A DNA stretch of 64,000 bases, taken from Octopus vulgaris. Taxonomy: Eukaryota. Location of the stretch: the NCBI GenBank assembly GCA_951406725.2, contig OX597815.1, positions 174,778,001 through 174,842,000 of the forward strand. The letters run 5' to 3'. Each line of letters opens with the position of its first letter. Position 1 is the stretch's first letter. Shown one piece after another: positions 38,183-51,103 of the stretch. The notes beneath the pieces are model-generated. The model did not search any database, was not told the origin of the DNA, and was given only the letters and a program-made list of their open reading frames with translations. The position numbers were made by a program, and so were the translations under genes.

Positions 38183-38545
38183 TAACACTATAGAGGATAT
38201 GAAATGGTTACAAACAAAAATCACAAAACAGAGTAGCAGTTGTGAGTTGTTGGGAAACCACTTGTGTTTTTGTATGATATTTTTCTAATAATTATATAGT
38301 TTTCTTATTATTAAAATAGTAAGAATTTTGAAAAAATACATTTACAATGCTAAGTATGTACAAAATAATTTTGAAAGTTACCTAAAGCAATCTTCCTTGT
38401 AGATCACCTGCCAAAGGAGCACCAGCTTTCACAGCCCTTTACAGAGTGTACATGAATTCATATTTTAATTTGTATCAGGCTGATATAGTGGTTATCTTTC
38501 TAAATTATCTGGTTGAATTATAATGATTTAATGAATTATACAGTT

Positions 38546-38868
38546 CTATATTTAAGAGATGAGGAATTGTTTACATTATTTATATTTGACGGATATTTGT
38601 CCTCATCTTGTTTGTTGTTAACACAACGTTTTGGCTGATATGCTCTCCAGCCTTCATGAGGTGTCTTGGGAAAATTTTGAACCTGGGTTCTCATTCCTAA
38701 GGTATAATAATAATAATAACAACAACATCAAAAAATATCTTAGGAATGAGAACCCAGGTTCAAAATTCCCCCCAAGACACCTGATGAAGGCTGGAGGGTA
38801 TATAAGCCAAAACGTGTTAACAACAAACGAGATGAGGACAAATATCCGTCAAATATAAATAATGTAAA
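38546..38868. repeat. Palindromic Penelope-like terminal-repeat pair (arms 38570-38701 / 38739-38868) with degenerate hammerheads
   Basis: Arms are reverse complements; each reads ACAC-CT(G/C)ATGA-A-GGCTG...(C/A)AGCC-AAAA-CG...GTGTT. Confidence 0.8.
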
Positions 38869-40427
38869 TAATGTTAGCGAATAATATTTTCAAATTGATT
38901 TTTTTTCACAAATCTGTGTAGTTTCCTTAACCCTTTAGCATTTAGGCCAACTATATTCAGCCAAAATATCCTACCTATTTTATGTTCAAGTTAACCCAAT
39001 CCAGCCTTTCACACCTACCCTACAATGTCATTCTAAAAATAAATAAGAGACATCAGATGTGTGCAAGAGAGAATACTGTAGTGGTTTGGTCATGTGATAC
39101 ATATGGATGCGGAGAGCTACATAAAGAAGCGCCTGTGGAAAGGGTAGACTAGGAAGATGTGGAACAGAGTGGCGAAAAAGTATCTTCAGATGCTGGGCTT
39201 CACTGAGGAAATGATGAGGGACCAGGAGTTATGGCAATTTTCTGTACTTGATAAGACACATCAAGCTAAGTAAAATTACTGGCCTCCACACATACAGGCT
39301 TGTTCTTTGAAGTACCAGTGCCACCTGTGTCAGTGCTGCATAAATGTACCTGTGCTGGTGGCATGTAAAAAGCACCCAGCACTCTCTTCGATATAAGTCT
39401 AGACAATTGTTTATTTACTCACTGATGTAGTTTACATAGTTTCATATATAATAAATACATTGAAGAATATAAAAGAAAAAAGATTTGATGTAGTTAAGAA
39501 GTTTGTTTTGCAGTTATGTAGTTTTGGCTTCAATCTGATGGTTTGGCACCTTATCCTATGGCTTCAGCTAAATCACTATGTTATGAGTGGAATTTGGTAA
39601 ATGAATACTGTGGGAGCCTGCTGTATACATAGACACATGAACATGTGTGTGTGTGTGTATGGTTAATTAGTTTGCTTCCTATCCATATAGTTTCAGGTTC
39701 AGTTCCACTGGGTAAGTGTCTTCTACTATAGTCGTGGGCCAACCAAAGCCTTGTTAGTGGATTTTGTGAAGGGAAACTATAAGAAGCTCATTGTGTGTAT
39801 GTGTGTATATCTTGGTGACAGGAATAGTATCTGGCCATAGAAAATCTGCTTGAACAAATTTTGTCTCACCCATGCAAGCAAGGAAAAGTGGACATTAAAT
39901 TATGGTGATGTATATATATACGAGTGTGTTTGTGTGTCTCCTTGTTCTCATATCACATGATAGCTGTAAGCAAGTATCACCATCATACAAGCATTTCAAA
40001 TTTCCAATCTTTCATAAAAACATGTTCAGCCAAGGGGAAATATTACTTTCCTTGAAAACAGGTGAGGTTTGGTGACAGGAAGGGCTGTAGAAAGTCTGTC
40101 CAATCTAAACAAGCATAGAAAAGTGTATGTTAAAATGGGATGATACACACACACACACATTACTTTTGTTTTCTTTAACTTGTTTCAATCATTAGGCTAT
40201 GACCATGCTGGGCCTCCACACATACAGGCTTGTTCTTTCAAGTACCAGTGCCACCTGTGTCAGTGCTATATAAATGTACCTATGCTGGTGGCATGTAAAA
40301 AGCACCCAGCACACTCTGTTAAGTAGTTGGCAATAGGAAGGGTATCCAGCCATAGAAATCACGCCACAACAGACAGTTGGAGTCTGGACAGCTCCCAGCC
40401 AGCCAGCTCCTTGTCAAACTATCCATA

Positions 40428-40711
40428 CTATATTTAAGAGATGAAGATTTATGTACATTATTTACATTATTTATATTTGATGGATATTTGTCCACATCTT
40501 GTTTGTTGTTAACACATAATTTTGGCTGATATGCTCTCCAGCCTTCATCAGGTGTCTTGGGGAGATTTTGAACCTTGGTTCTCATTCCTTAGGTATTTTA
40601 ATAATAATAATGATAATAATAACAACATCAAAAAATACCTTAGGAATGAGAACCCAGGTTCAAAATTTCCCCAAGACACCTGATGAAGGCTGGAGGGTAT
40701 ATCAGCCAAAA
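40428..40711. repeat. Second copy of the 38546-38868 palindrome (right arm truncated)
   Basis: Shares the start ctatatttaagagatga, the (AAT)n/aacaacatcaaaaaata spacer and arm-specific variants. Confidence 0.85.
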
Positions 40712-43219
40712 TTTTTATTTGAATGAACTGACCCCAGTACTTTTTTTTAAGCATGGTACTTGTTCTATCAATTTCTTTTGGCAAACCACTAAGCTATGGG
40801 GATATAAACCCACCAACACCAGTTGTCAAATGGTGGTATGGGACAAATACAAACATGCACACACACACATACACACACACACACATCATGGGTTTCTTTT
40901 AGTTTCCATTTCCCAAATCTGCTCCCAAGGCTTTAGTAGAAGATACCTACCCAAGGTACCACGTAGTAGGAGTGAACCTGGAACCATATGGCTGTGAAGC
41001 AAACTTCTTACCACAAAGCCACACCAAGTTGATAGTTTGTACTTTTACCTCTAATTCAATATTGAATTACATTACATTGTTTTAGTTTAAAACAACAATT
41101 CAAAGCATTTATGTATACCAGACAACGCTTCATACAAACTATACTAATATATCAGCAGTAGCATTACTTTTATGTCTACTTTCCATGCTGACATGTGTTG
41201 GATGGGGCATTTCTCCTCTTCTAGATAATTGAAGGAACCCTATCTCACTTATAAATTTTAATTTTGGTTTGGTTTCTACTGCTAGCTGCCTTTCTTAATG
41301 TCAACTACTTTACAGAGTGCATTGAGTATATTTTTTCATGGCACCAGCACTAGGGAGGTGGCTGTGACTTTGATGAGACTAAAGAGTCCTCTCAACCCTA
41401 CACTTTGCAGAATGCACCAGGTACATTTTATCAAGGTACTAGTCGCAGAGAGGATAAAAGTGAGAGAGCTGAAAAGCCTATGTAATGTGTGTGTGTGTGT
41501 GTGCATGCATGCCTATGTCTGTGATTACACTGACAACAACCTTGAATCCATATTATTTATGTTGTATCCCTATATGTTCTGTGACTTAGCATCTTAAAAA
41601 ACAAAGATAGATAAAATAAGAACCAAACTCATTTAAATAATGGAGTTGATACTGACTAAATTCTAGAGGGCAGTCCCCAACATGGTCTCGGTTCTATGAC
41701 TGAAACCAGTAAAAGAATATAAAAATAAAGAGTAAAAGACAGTTAACATAAACTATAAATGAATGGGGAAAGTTTTAGCTGACCTAAGTGTAGTCATTTC
41801 AGTGAGTGTAAAATAATTTACAGGTATTTAAGATTCTTTGTGCAGGAGAGGGGATATGAGGCATTCATTTTACTGACTGAAGCAAAAATTGGTGGTGATG
41901 GTACTAGTGGTGGTGGTGGTAGTAATAGTAGGTGACACATAATCTATATAAAGTTGTAGAACATCTGGATGTTGAAGCAATTGGAATCAATATAATATTT
42001 ATATATGTCTCCCAGTTTTGAACTTAGAGAGGGAATGAAATTAAATTAAAATATACCAGTAAAGAATTTCTATGAAGGATTGTCTTTTTATGAAAAGACT
42101 GTACTTTCAATGGAATTGTAAAGCATTATATATATATATATATATATTTATAAAGGCATAACAAGGAATTTTTATTGCTTTCATTGAATGTTATTTGTGG
42201 CTATGAAATAGTTATTGAAGCCACATAGAATTTTCTTTACTGAAAAACTTATTTTTAGTAAACTTGGAATAAAAATGTAATTTATTTAGAGAATTGTTTT
42301 GCTTATTTTAAAAGTTACTTGGTGTGGTGGTTCGCTTATTTTTGGAACCTAAATATTTTCTCTACATAATTATTTATGGGTTGTATTTATATTTATCAGC
42401 CAATAGTTTAGTGAATGGAAAATAAGGATCAGTAAAAATTTCATAGTAGCATGCTTTGACAAATATATCTTTATATTTCTATAATAATGAAATTATTGTA
42501 TACAGTGCTCAGGTGCACCACAACTTGTCAGAAAGTGCATATAAAGTACATGCAGTAATGTAGAAATGTCTGGAAAGTGAACATGCTTGTGTGTGTATGG
42601 AGGGTTGTCTTGGAATCCTTACTCTGTAATCTGTTCTCTTAGTATACACCTGGATATCTGATGCAACCAGACTGAATGAAGTTGTAACCATTCATCTTAA
42701 TTTTTAAATTTGAGATTTGACTTCCTGTTTTCTCAAACTGAATCATTTTTATTGTTCTAGAGATTTTAAAATCTTGTCATCAGTGATAGAATCAATCTTA
42801 TAGAGTCTAAATATACGTATTAAAACGTATTAAAATCAAGGAACACAGTGAATAAATTTTATTTTTTCGTTCAATTATAGTTTATTATAAAAGTATAAAC
42901 TCTCCTTACAAAATATGTATTTTTTAATATGAAAGTTAACTTATGTGAACAATACAAGGAAAATAATGGAACCAAAAAATCCAGATTAAAGGGAAATAAT
43001 CACGTATAGCATAGAGAGCGTCATTAGAAAAGCCACGTCTGCATAACTGTCACATAGTGGAGGTTTGGAGGAAATATTACAACAGTACAGATGGGCACTG
43101 AGAGTAACCCTAGTCACTTAAACGTGTTCTCCAGCTGTAACTACTCCCGCAATTTTAAAAGGCACAGAAAAAATTCAACAAGTATTTATTTTAGTCACTG
43201 TAGATCTATACCGCTTAAT

Positions 43220-44051
43220 ATGATTTATACAGTGGTGATTTTATGTTTTGTGATCAGTTTTGGACAGTGTCACGAAGACCACCTCGACCATGGTCATGCA
43301 CATCATGACCACGATCATGCACATCACGGCCACGGTCATGTACATCACGGCCACGGTCATGCACATCACGGACACGGACATGCACATCATGGCCATGCAC
43401 ACGAAGACCTTTCAGGCTCTGAAACTGCAAACTTTAGGTATAGTCGGGAAGCTAACGAAGTTCCTCATTCAGAGCCCGCTCACCACGGTCACGCTCACCA
43501 CGATCACTCTCACGACGGTCACGCTCATCACGGTCACTCTCATCATGGTCACTCTCATCACAGCGGTTCTGAAGACAGCAAACATACCCACCAACCTAAA
43601 GTTATGGGACCAGTACTCTGGCTCCAGGCTATTGGGGCTACTCTTATCATCAGTGCGGCTCCAGTGGTTATCCTGTTTTTCATTCCTTTAGAAAATACCG
43701 AGGATAATTTACCTTTTCTTAAAATACTTCTTAGTTTTGCATCTGGAGGTCTTTTAGGTGATGCATTTTTACATCTAATTCCACATTCTGGTTCCCAGAA
43801 TTCTGATGATTCAGATGGTGGTCATGATCATCATCATGGTCACTCACACGGTGGTGGAGGCCACAGTCATGATTTGTCCATCGGTCTGTGGGTTCTGACT
43901 GGGATTATAGTCTTCCTCACTGTTGAGAAAGTAGTTCGTCATCTGAAAGGATCACATAGCCATTCTCATAGCCATTCTCACAGCCAAGAAAAAAAGAAAG
44001 AGAAGACATCTGATGATGAAGGAGATGACAAAAAAGAAAAGGAAGAGAATT
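43220..44051 (+). CDS. SLC39A7: SLC39A7/ZIP7 (Catsup/KE4-like ER zinc transporter), coding exon 1
   Basis: Signal peptide [17 protein letters not shown], long His-rich luminal domain, [19 protein letters not shown] motif, His-rich cytosolic loop. Donor AAT T|gtaagt (phase 1). Confidence 0.95.
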
Positions 44052-47000
44052 GTAAGTGTATATTTGTTATTTTTTTTCTTATGTAGTATTTTTCGGTCAA
44101 ATAATTAAGATCAAATTTCAACATAAGTTAGGGTATCTCTCTTTAATGTCCGCTAGATATTATTGGAAAGTACAGAATTAATGTAATTTTTATAGTTATT
44201 TCTTTTAAACTTTCAACAAGGCATGTCTGTATCTGAAAAAGGACCCAGTTTACATATGTAAATAGTATAAAAATGGGGAAAAATTTGATTTTCCGCTATT
44301 GCTTATTTTGAAGTTATTTTAGGAAGTAAAATTACGAAAATAATAAAAATAGAAATTATTTGTAACACAAAAATTAAGATACTTTTCGTTTTATAACGAC
44401 TGACGTGTGAATCTAGTGACGAACTGTTGTTTTTTTACTATTACTGAGAAATTTCTCACAATTTTTTTATTTATTGTCGCTAATCCCTATAAACCTCAAT
44501 TTATGAGTAGTATCAGTTACAGCAAAATATATATTTTTTAACTAACTAGATTCTAAGGTTTGTTTAATCATAGAAAGATTTTAGCACATGTTTTGACGTA
44601 AAATGAAATTATCGTTTACTTTGTGTATAAATCTGATTTTTTTTCGAGGGAATAACTATTTTCGTGTGTAACATTTGCTGAGTCTTACGATAAAAAGGAA
44701 AAGATATACTTCTAATTGTTTATTTTTATTCTTTCCCTCATAATACTTATACCAGAAGTTCGGCTCTCTATTAGTAATTGTGCAATATTTGATCCTAAAA
44801 TATGTTAAATTAACTACTGAAGACTATAAAGAGAAAACAATATAAAATAAAAATAACATTTCTTCCTCACCAACTTGTTACTAAACCTATTTGATAGGCA
44901 TGAAAGAATTTTGAAATGATTGAGTAGTGAGTAAAGTTATGTTGATTACTAGGCAGGTAGCTTCCTGTCTCTTGCAAATGCGTGAACAGTTAATAGATAC
45001 TAATTTTGCTAGTTAGATTAATTAACCCCTTGGATCCTTTGATATTACCTACAAGGCTCTTATTTACAAAGGTTAATAAAAACATTTGACTCAAACAAAC
45101 GAATAAAATAATTTTTTAGTATTTCAAATGGTCGGATAAAATTATATTTTGTATAACTATACTAAAATTGCTTTATTTGATCTCGTTTAAACATTTCTTG
45201 TCAACACAACGTCTACTTACAGGTACTATTGATAAAATGAATAATTTCCTTCTTAATCTTATATTTTCTAGTGAAAAACATTGTTACTATTCCGTACTGT
45301 ACGGCAATTCATTGCTGTTTATTATTTAGTAGTTTCTGTATTCATTTCAAGTTAACCAGTGTCAATATAAACATACGATAGCCTATATTACTTTTTTATT
45401 TGTATTGTTAGTTCAATTACAAAAAAAGGAAAAAAAAAGACACCTGTTGATATAGCTATAATTGATCGGAGAAACAGAGCCTCGACGGAGTTTCGTCTCA
45501 AAGCACCCCACACTCCATGGGAAAGGAAAAGGTTACGGAAGTGGGTGGGCAAATATGTAAAAAAAAAAAATTGACATATTTGAAAAGAACAAATTGTTTT
45601 CAGAATTGTTATTTCCGTTGTATCAAACAAGAATACTAAAAAAAATGGGACTAAACTTCTTTTCTGAGTTATGGGGAGTCTAATTTTGAAACGCAGCGAT
45701 TAAAATTCACTTAAATTACACTATTATCTTAAGGACTCAGGACAATGTAATCCTAGCTATATAAAGAGCCGGATGGTCACGGCTAGGATGTTTTTGATAA
45801 CAGATCTGCGAGATTACGGCTAAACAGATACATGATCTCATGAAAGCTAAACATTTCTCTTGGAATCCAACAGAGAAAAGAATATTGATTGTTAAACACC
45901 AAAACTTATCCAGATTTTTTATTAGAAACCTCAATTACAACTGGGTCAAAGTTGAGGAGAAAGTTTTATTGAATAAAAAGTATCTGCTACCTATGTTCCA
46001 AACTCTCTCAACTTCAACATCAACAACTATGCTGACCAAATTTTACTCCCAACGATGATGTTACAGTACACAATGGTGGTACAATACAAGGCTACCAATG
46101 ATTCCAAACAGTTAGAAGAAAATGAGCAGAAGTTAGTCATTTTACACCGGTTACTAACTTTGCCCCATATCCTATGGAATTACAGGATAAAGAGGAAATT
46201 TTATTAAAATTTCTTTTCTAAATGCATTTAATGAATGGAACAGTCCATTTTTGTTTATGACCATTTTTTAAGCATGCTTTTCTTGTTCTTTCTTACCTTA
46301 CAAATTACTTGGCAATCTCACTAATGACAGTGGCATGAAAAAAGCACCCAGTGCACTGCAAAGTAGTTGATGTTAGGAAGGGTATCCAACTGTAGAACCC
46401 ATGACAAAGCTGACATGGAGCATGATGCAGCCCTGTGGACCATGCAACCCTGCGATTCCTCAGATTCTGCATCTGACCCATGTCAGCATGGAAAATGGAC
46501 ATAATATGACGATGATGGTGACTGTGTATCCTGGTTTGTGTGTTAGGCATCTGACCATAAAAGCACTGCCTCAGAAAACCTGTCCAACCAATGTTGCATG
46601 GGAAAATGAACACAAATTGATAATGATGGTGTCTATGTTTGTTTCTTAAGCAACAGAATTATTTTTCACATTTTACAAGCATAGAAATTGTAGTAGCCAA
46701 TATAGAGTAATGCACTTAAATTTTATAGCAGAACTAGTTAAATATATACTTGGTATTTATGGTAGTTAGGATAAAAATAGAAATCCAATTCAGTATACAA
46801 TTCATGAGAAATGATATGCAGTTTCAAGAAGTACCTAGTTGTAAGGCTACCAATGTCATACTGCTAAAGAGGTCATCTACAGAGGTTGGTAGCATTGAAG
46901 CTATTAATTACAGAAAAGAATTAGAACTTTTTGAAGCAGATTGATAATTAAGTGATCTTTTCAGTACACTAAATCCTTTTATACAACACACTATGATTTG

Positions 47001-47944
47001 CAATAATATTTCATTTTAAACTTTTTATGTAGAATGATATAATTCTGTATAGTAAACAGCTCTAATTACATTGCTACGTTTTAGATGTTGAAGATTATGA
47101 ATATGCAAAATAAAATTTTTCAATCTCACCTCCTTTCCCCCAACACCCCCACCCCAATTAAAATTTTTGATTTTATTTACTTTAAGGAGATTGTAGTGAA
47201 TTGATGAACTTAATCAAATTGAAATTAGATATAGACAAAAACATTAAAGTGAAAAGAATTTGCGTTTTACTTGTATTTGCCTTAAATAATCATAAATAAT
47301 AATTTAATGTAAATTAAATATACACCATTTTATGAGAAACAAACAGTAATGTTTAATAATTAATGTTATATAGAAGGGGCTCAAATTTCACCCACTTCCC
47401 CAATTTTAAATTTTGAACTTTTTCATCCATTTATTTATTTGTCTGTCTATTTATTTATCCCTATCTGTTTATTCATAAAATATATTTGTCATCTAAATGT
47501 GGTGGTCCTATAGAAAATGGTATTACTGTTGTTTTTAGCCCCAGGAAGATATTCGTATGCTTATTGAATTTAAGATTTTGAAAATGTGGTTTCTTGCATA
47601 TTCGGAATCTCCGTCATCTAAAATATAGGAAAAAACAAATTTTCAAAAAAGTTCAAAATTTTAAATTTTGCATATTCGTAATCTCTGACATCAAAAAACA
47701 TAGGAATCCGAAAAAAATTTATTTTTTAAATGCATTTTTCAAGGAGAGGTGCAAAACTGCATTAGCCCCCCCCCATCATTTTATGTGGCAGGTAATTAAA
47801 TAGTAATTTTGTTGTTTATTAGTCATTACTTCTATATAGAGTGAATGTAACTCGTTTAGGTGATATAGACAAACAATAATAATTGAATTATTATTTGTTA
47901 CCTCTGTATAAAGTGAATAAAAACTGGTTTATTGTTTACTTCAG

Positions 47945-48177
47945 CATCATCTAAAGAAACAGACTCACAAGTCCAAAACGAAATTGCTGTATCTGGTTAC
48001 TTGAATCTTGCCGCCGATTTTGCTCATAATTTCACTGATGGGTTGGCCATTGGTGCTTCTTTCCTTGTTGGCCGTAATGTTGGAATTGTAACAACCATCA
48101 CTATCTTCCTGCATGAAATTCCTCATGAAATTGGAGATTTTGCTATTCTTGTGAAATCTGGTTGCACCAAGAAAAGA
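47945..48177 (+). CDS. SLC39A7: SLC39A7/ZIP7 coding exon 2
   Basis: ttcag|CA (phase 1) to AGA|gtaagt. Contains [23 protein letters not shown] and the LIV-1 family signature [13 protein letters not shown]. Confidence 0.96.
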
Positions 48178-49801
48178 GTAAGTTAATTTTCAAAATAATT
48201 TTCCAGTAATTTTTGTTCTCTTAAATTAGCTTCAGTTTAAAAAAATATACAAAATGTACAAAATTATATAAATATTTGATGGTGTAGTAAATTTCTTATT
48301 CATAAAAGGAAAAATAAAATTTTAAATAAATAAAATTGCAACAAAATCTATATATTATCAATGATTAAATTTTTGTTTCAGAGTGAATTCTACAAGTACA
48401 AAACCTGTAAACATAAATGCTTTAATAGTTTCATATCAGATCAGACACTATAGTTTCTGTTTTGCAGTTGTTAATAGTGTTAAATGAAGTGTAAGAATTA
48501 GTGTGCTGTGTTTAATTTGCTGTCTAATCTCTTCATTAATGATCAAAACTACTGAAAATGGCAACAGTAAGGCAAAAACTAAAGGGAATAGTGTTATTGT
48601 CAGATAGCTTGATCCCATTGATAATCATTGCACAGAGTTTTGCAACTATCTTGTGTTTGTCTAGATTAAATGGAAAAAATAGTGATTTTTGGATGCTGAT
48701 ATAGTGTTCTGGTAATTAGCTAATGTATTTAGTTAATTGTAGAAGGCCAGACATGTAGTTACAGAGACAATATGGGTTGGAACAGATTGTGTTCATGTCT
48801 TAACTCATTTTCCAATTTTAATTATGCTAAGAGTGCATTGCATAAAAACAGATGTAAAGTCCTGTTCCTGTGAATAATCCGCTGAAGAAATATAATGGTG
48901 GCGAATGAAACTAAGTGAAGTAGTTTGATAATACATTCAACTATTACGTATTTGTTAAGCTTTTGATAATCCACAGTATTGGATTCAGAGGAAAATGTTT
49001 GGAATATTAGTAATCTCTCTCTCTCTCTGTTCTCCAGAGTGGGTGGGGGCAGGGACTTTCAACTGCTTAATACCTTGAAAAGTGGCATACACTGTTAGAC
49101 TTTTTAGTGATTGTGGGGAATAATAAGGAAAGAAACAATTTGTAAATTGCCTTTAATATTTGGGGCAGGTTCCTAATTTATATTGTTGATATGATAAATT
49201 GGAGCATTTTGTTACTCTTACCCTTCCTGTCAAGGCAGTCAGTTGGCAGAGGTATTTGAGTGTCAGATTATTTTATGATATTTGTTCTGGCTCACTACAC
49301 TCTGAATTTAAACAAAACTTACTGAAGTCAACTTAGCCTTTCATATTTTTCAAGATTGAGAAATAAATTACCAGTCATGTTCTAGTCAAGCCTGGAGAGA
49401 GATAGGCTCTGCCATGTCTAAAAATGTCCCAAAGATGCTGTAGTTCATGATGATGCCTCTGTGAATTGAAAGCCCAAGGCAAAGCATTGTTTCTTCAAGC
49501 AGCAAAATAGTTTGTGGAGGTTTCAAATCCTGCTTGTGTGTAGTATGCTTCCAAAATGTACTTTGATCTATTTCATTTAAGTTTTTAATGGTTTGTGTGA
49601 AGAAGGAATTCCAGTCATAGACTTCCTGTAATTGTTCAGACTTTCAGATTCATCTAACCCCCATGAAAAAGGATAAAGAAAGGAATATAATTTTTATGGT
49701 TAAATCTCTTAGTAATAATCTATTTTATATTCATTTCCGAAATATACAAATGTTTAGTCTGTTAATTAATATATGCCTTTTCTTTTATTTGTACTCCACA
49801 G

Positions 49802-50053
49802 GCAATGCTGCTTCAACTATCAACAGCACTTGGTGCCATGATGGGAACAATATGCAGTTTAGTAGCAGGAAGCACAGGAATTACAGCTACAGCTTGGGTG
49901 CTCCCTTTCACTGCTGGAGGATTTATTTATATTGCCACTGTCTCTGTTATTCCAGAACTTCTTATAGAATCCAGTTTCCGCCAGTCTATTAAAGAAATAG
50001 TTGCTCTAATATTGGGGGTTTATATGATGGTCCTTATTGCAAGTTATGAATAA
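49802..50053 (+). CDS. SLC39A7: SLC39A7/ZIP7 coding exon 3 (terminal)
   Basis: ccacag|GCA ATG CTG... encodes [16 protein letters not shown]...[23 protein letters not shown]...IASYE then TAA. Confidence 0.96.
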   Translation, partial: AMLLQLSTALGAMMGTICSLVAGSTGITATAWVLPFTAGGFIYIATVSVIPELLIESSFRQSIKEIVALILGVYMMVLIASYE

Positions 50054-50360
50054 ATTTGCTAACTATGACACTTTTGGCCAATTTGACACATCAGTTTATC
50101 AGAAATGTAACATTTTTAACTATTGTTATTAGCATTGTTGTGTTGCTGAAGATTGGGTTGGTCTTTGAATTTGGTTGTGCCATACTGCTGGCATATAAAC
50201 TCTTATCATTCTCCTCATGCTTTCCCAATTGCATATGAAGCTTGTAGGGTAAAAAGGCATTACAACTGAGAGATGTTAGTCATCTCAAAAATCAACACAT
50301 TTTAACTGGTGTGTGAATTTCTTTGGAAGTTGATAAGTTGGGGAAAGAGAAAGAATATCA

Positions 50361-50388
50361 AATAAAAAAAAGAAAAATATTTAATAAA
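50361..50388 (+). terminator. Candidate SLC39A7 polyadenylation signals
   Basis: Two AATAAA hexamers (50361 and 50383) about 310-330 nt after the stop codon. Confidence 0.5.
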
Positions 50389-50580
50389 TATTTATTGCAT
50401 TCAATGCTTTTTGTATAAAAAAAAATGATAGAAAAATATCCTCTTCCACAGTTTTATTTCTATTTAAGGTGCTTAAATCCACAGTAAAAATTCGGTAATG
50501 CTGAATCTGAAAAGAAATAACATAGACTAAAATGGTAATTAGATAATTTGTAATAAGTTTAATTTCATAAACTGCTAATA

Positions 50581-51103
50581 AGGTGGCAAGCTGGCAGAAT
50601 CGTTAGCATCTCTGACAAAATGTTTAGTGGCATTTCTTCCAGCTTTACATTCTGAGTTCACATGCTCAGTGGTTGATTTTGTCTTTCTTTCTCATCATCG
50701 TCATCATCATCATTTGATGCCCGCTTTCCATGCTAGCATGGGTTGGACGATTTGACTGAGCACTGGCGAACCAGATGGCTGCACCAGGCTCCAATCTTGA
50801 AATGGCAGAGTTTCTACAGCTGGATGCCCTTCCTAACGTCAACCACTCCAAGAGTGTAGTGGGTGATTTTACGTGCCACCGGCATGAGGGCTAGTCAGGA
50901 GGTACTGGCAACGGCCACGCTCAAGTGTTTTTTATGTGCCACCTGCACAGGAGCCAGTCCAGCAGCACTAGCCATGACCTCACTCTAATGTTTTTTTTTG
51001 GGGGGGGTTAATAAAATAAGTATCAGTTGAGTGGGGGGGGGGATGTAATCAACTGTCCCGTCTTCCCCAAATTGCTGACTGTGCCAAAATTAGAAAGGAT
51101 TAT
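50581..51103 (+). mobile_element. MetaSINE-like SINE interrupted by a minus-strand (GAT)n-tailed retroposon (~50694-50990)
   Basis: The aggtggcaagctggcagaatcgttag head runs to gtctttc, the insert begins catcatcgtcatcatc, and the SINE resumes at ggggttaataaaataagtatcagttgag. Confidence 0.75.

Noticed and set aside
43260-43691. 143-aa alternative-frame ORF inside ZIP7 exon 1
   Set aside because: Frame-shifted reading of the His-codon repeats (Thr/Met/Ile-rich) with no independent evidence.
45440-46130. GC-richer, coding-looking patch in ZIP7 intron 1 (possible extra exon, nested gene or pseudogene)
   Set aside because: ZIP7 exons 1 and 2 already join in phase, the frames contain stops, and no protein family could be recognised.
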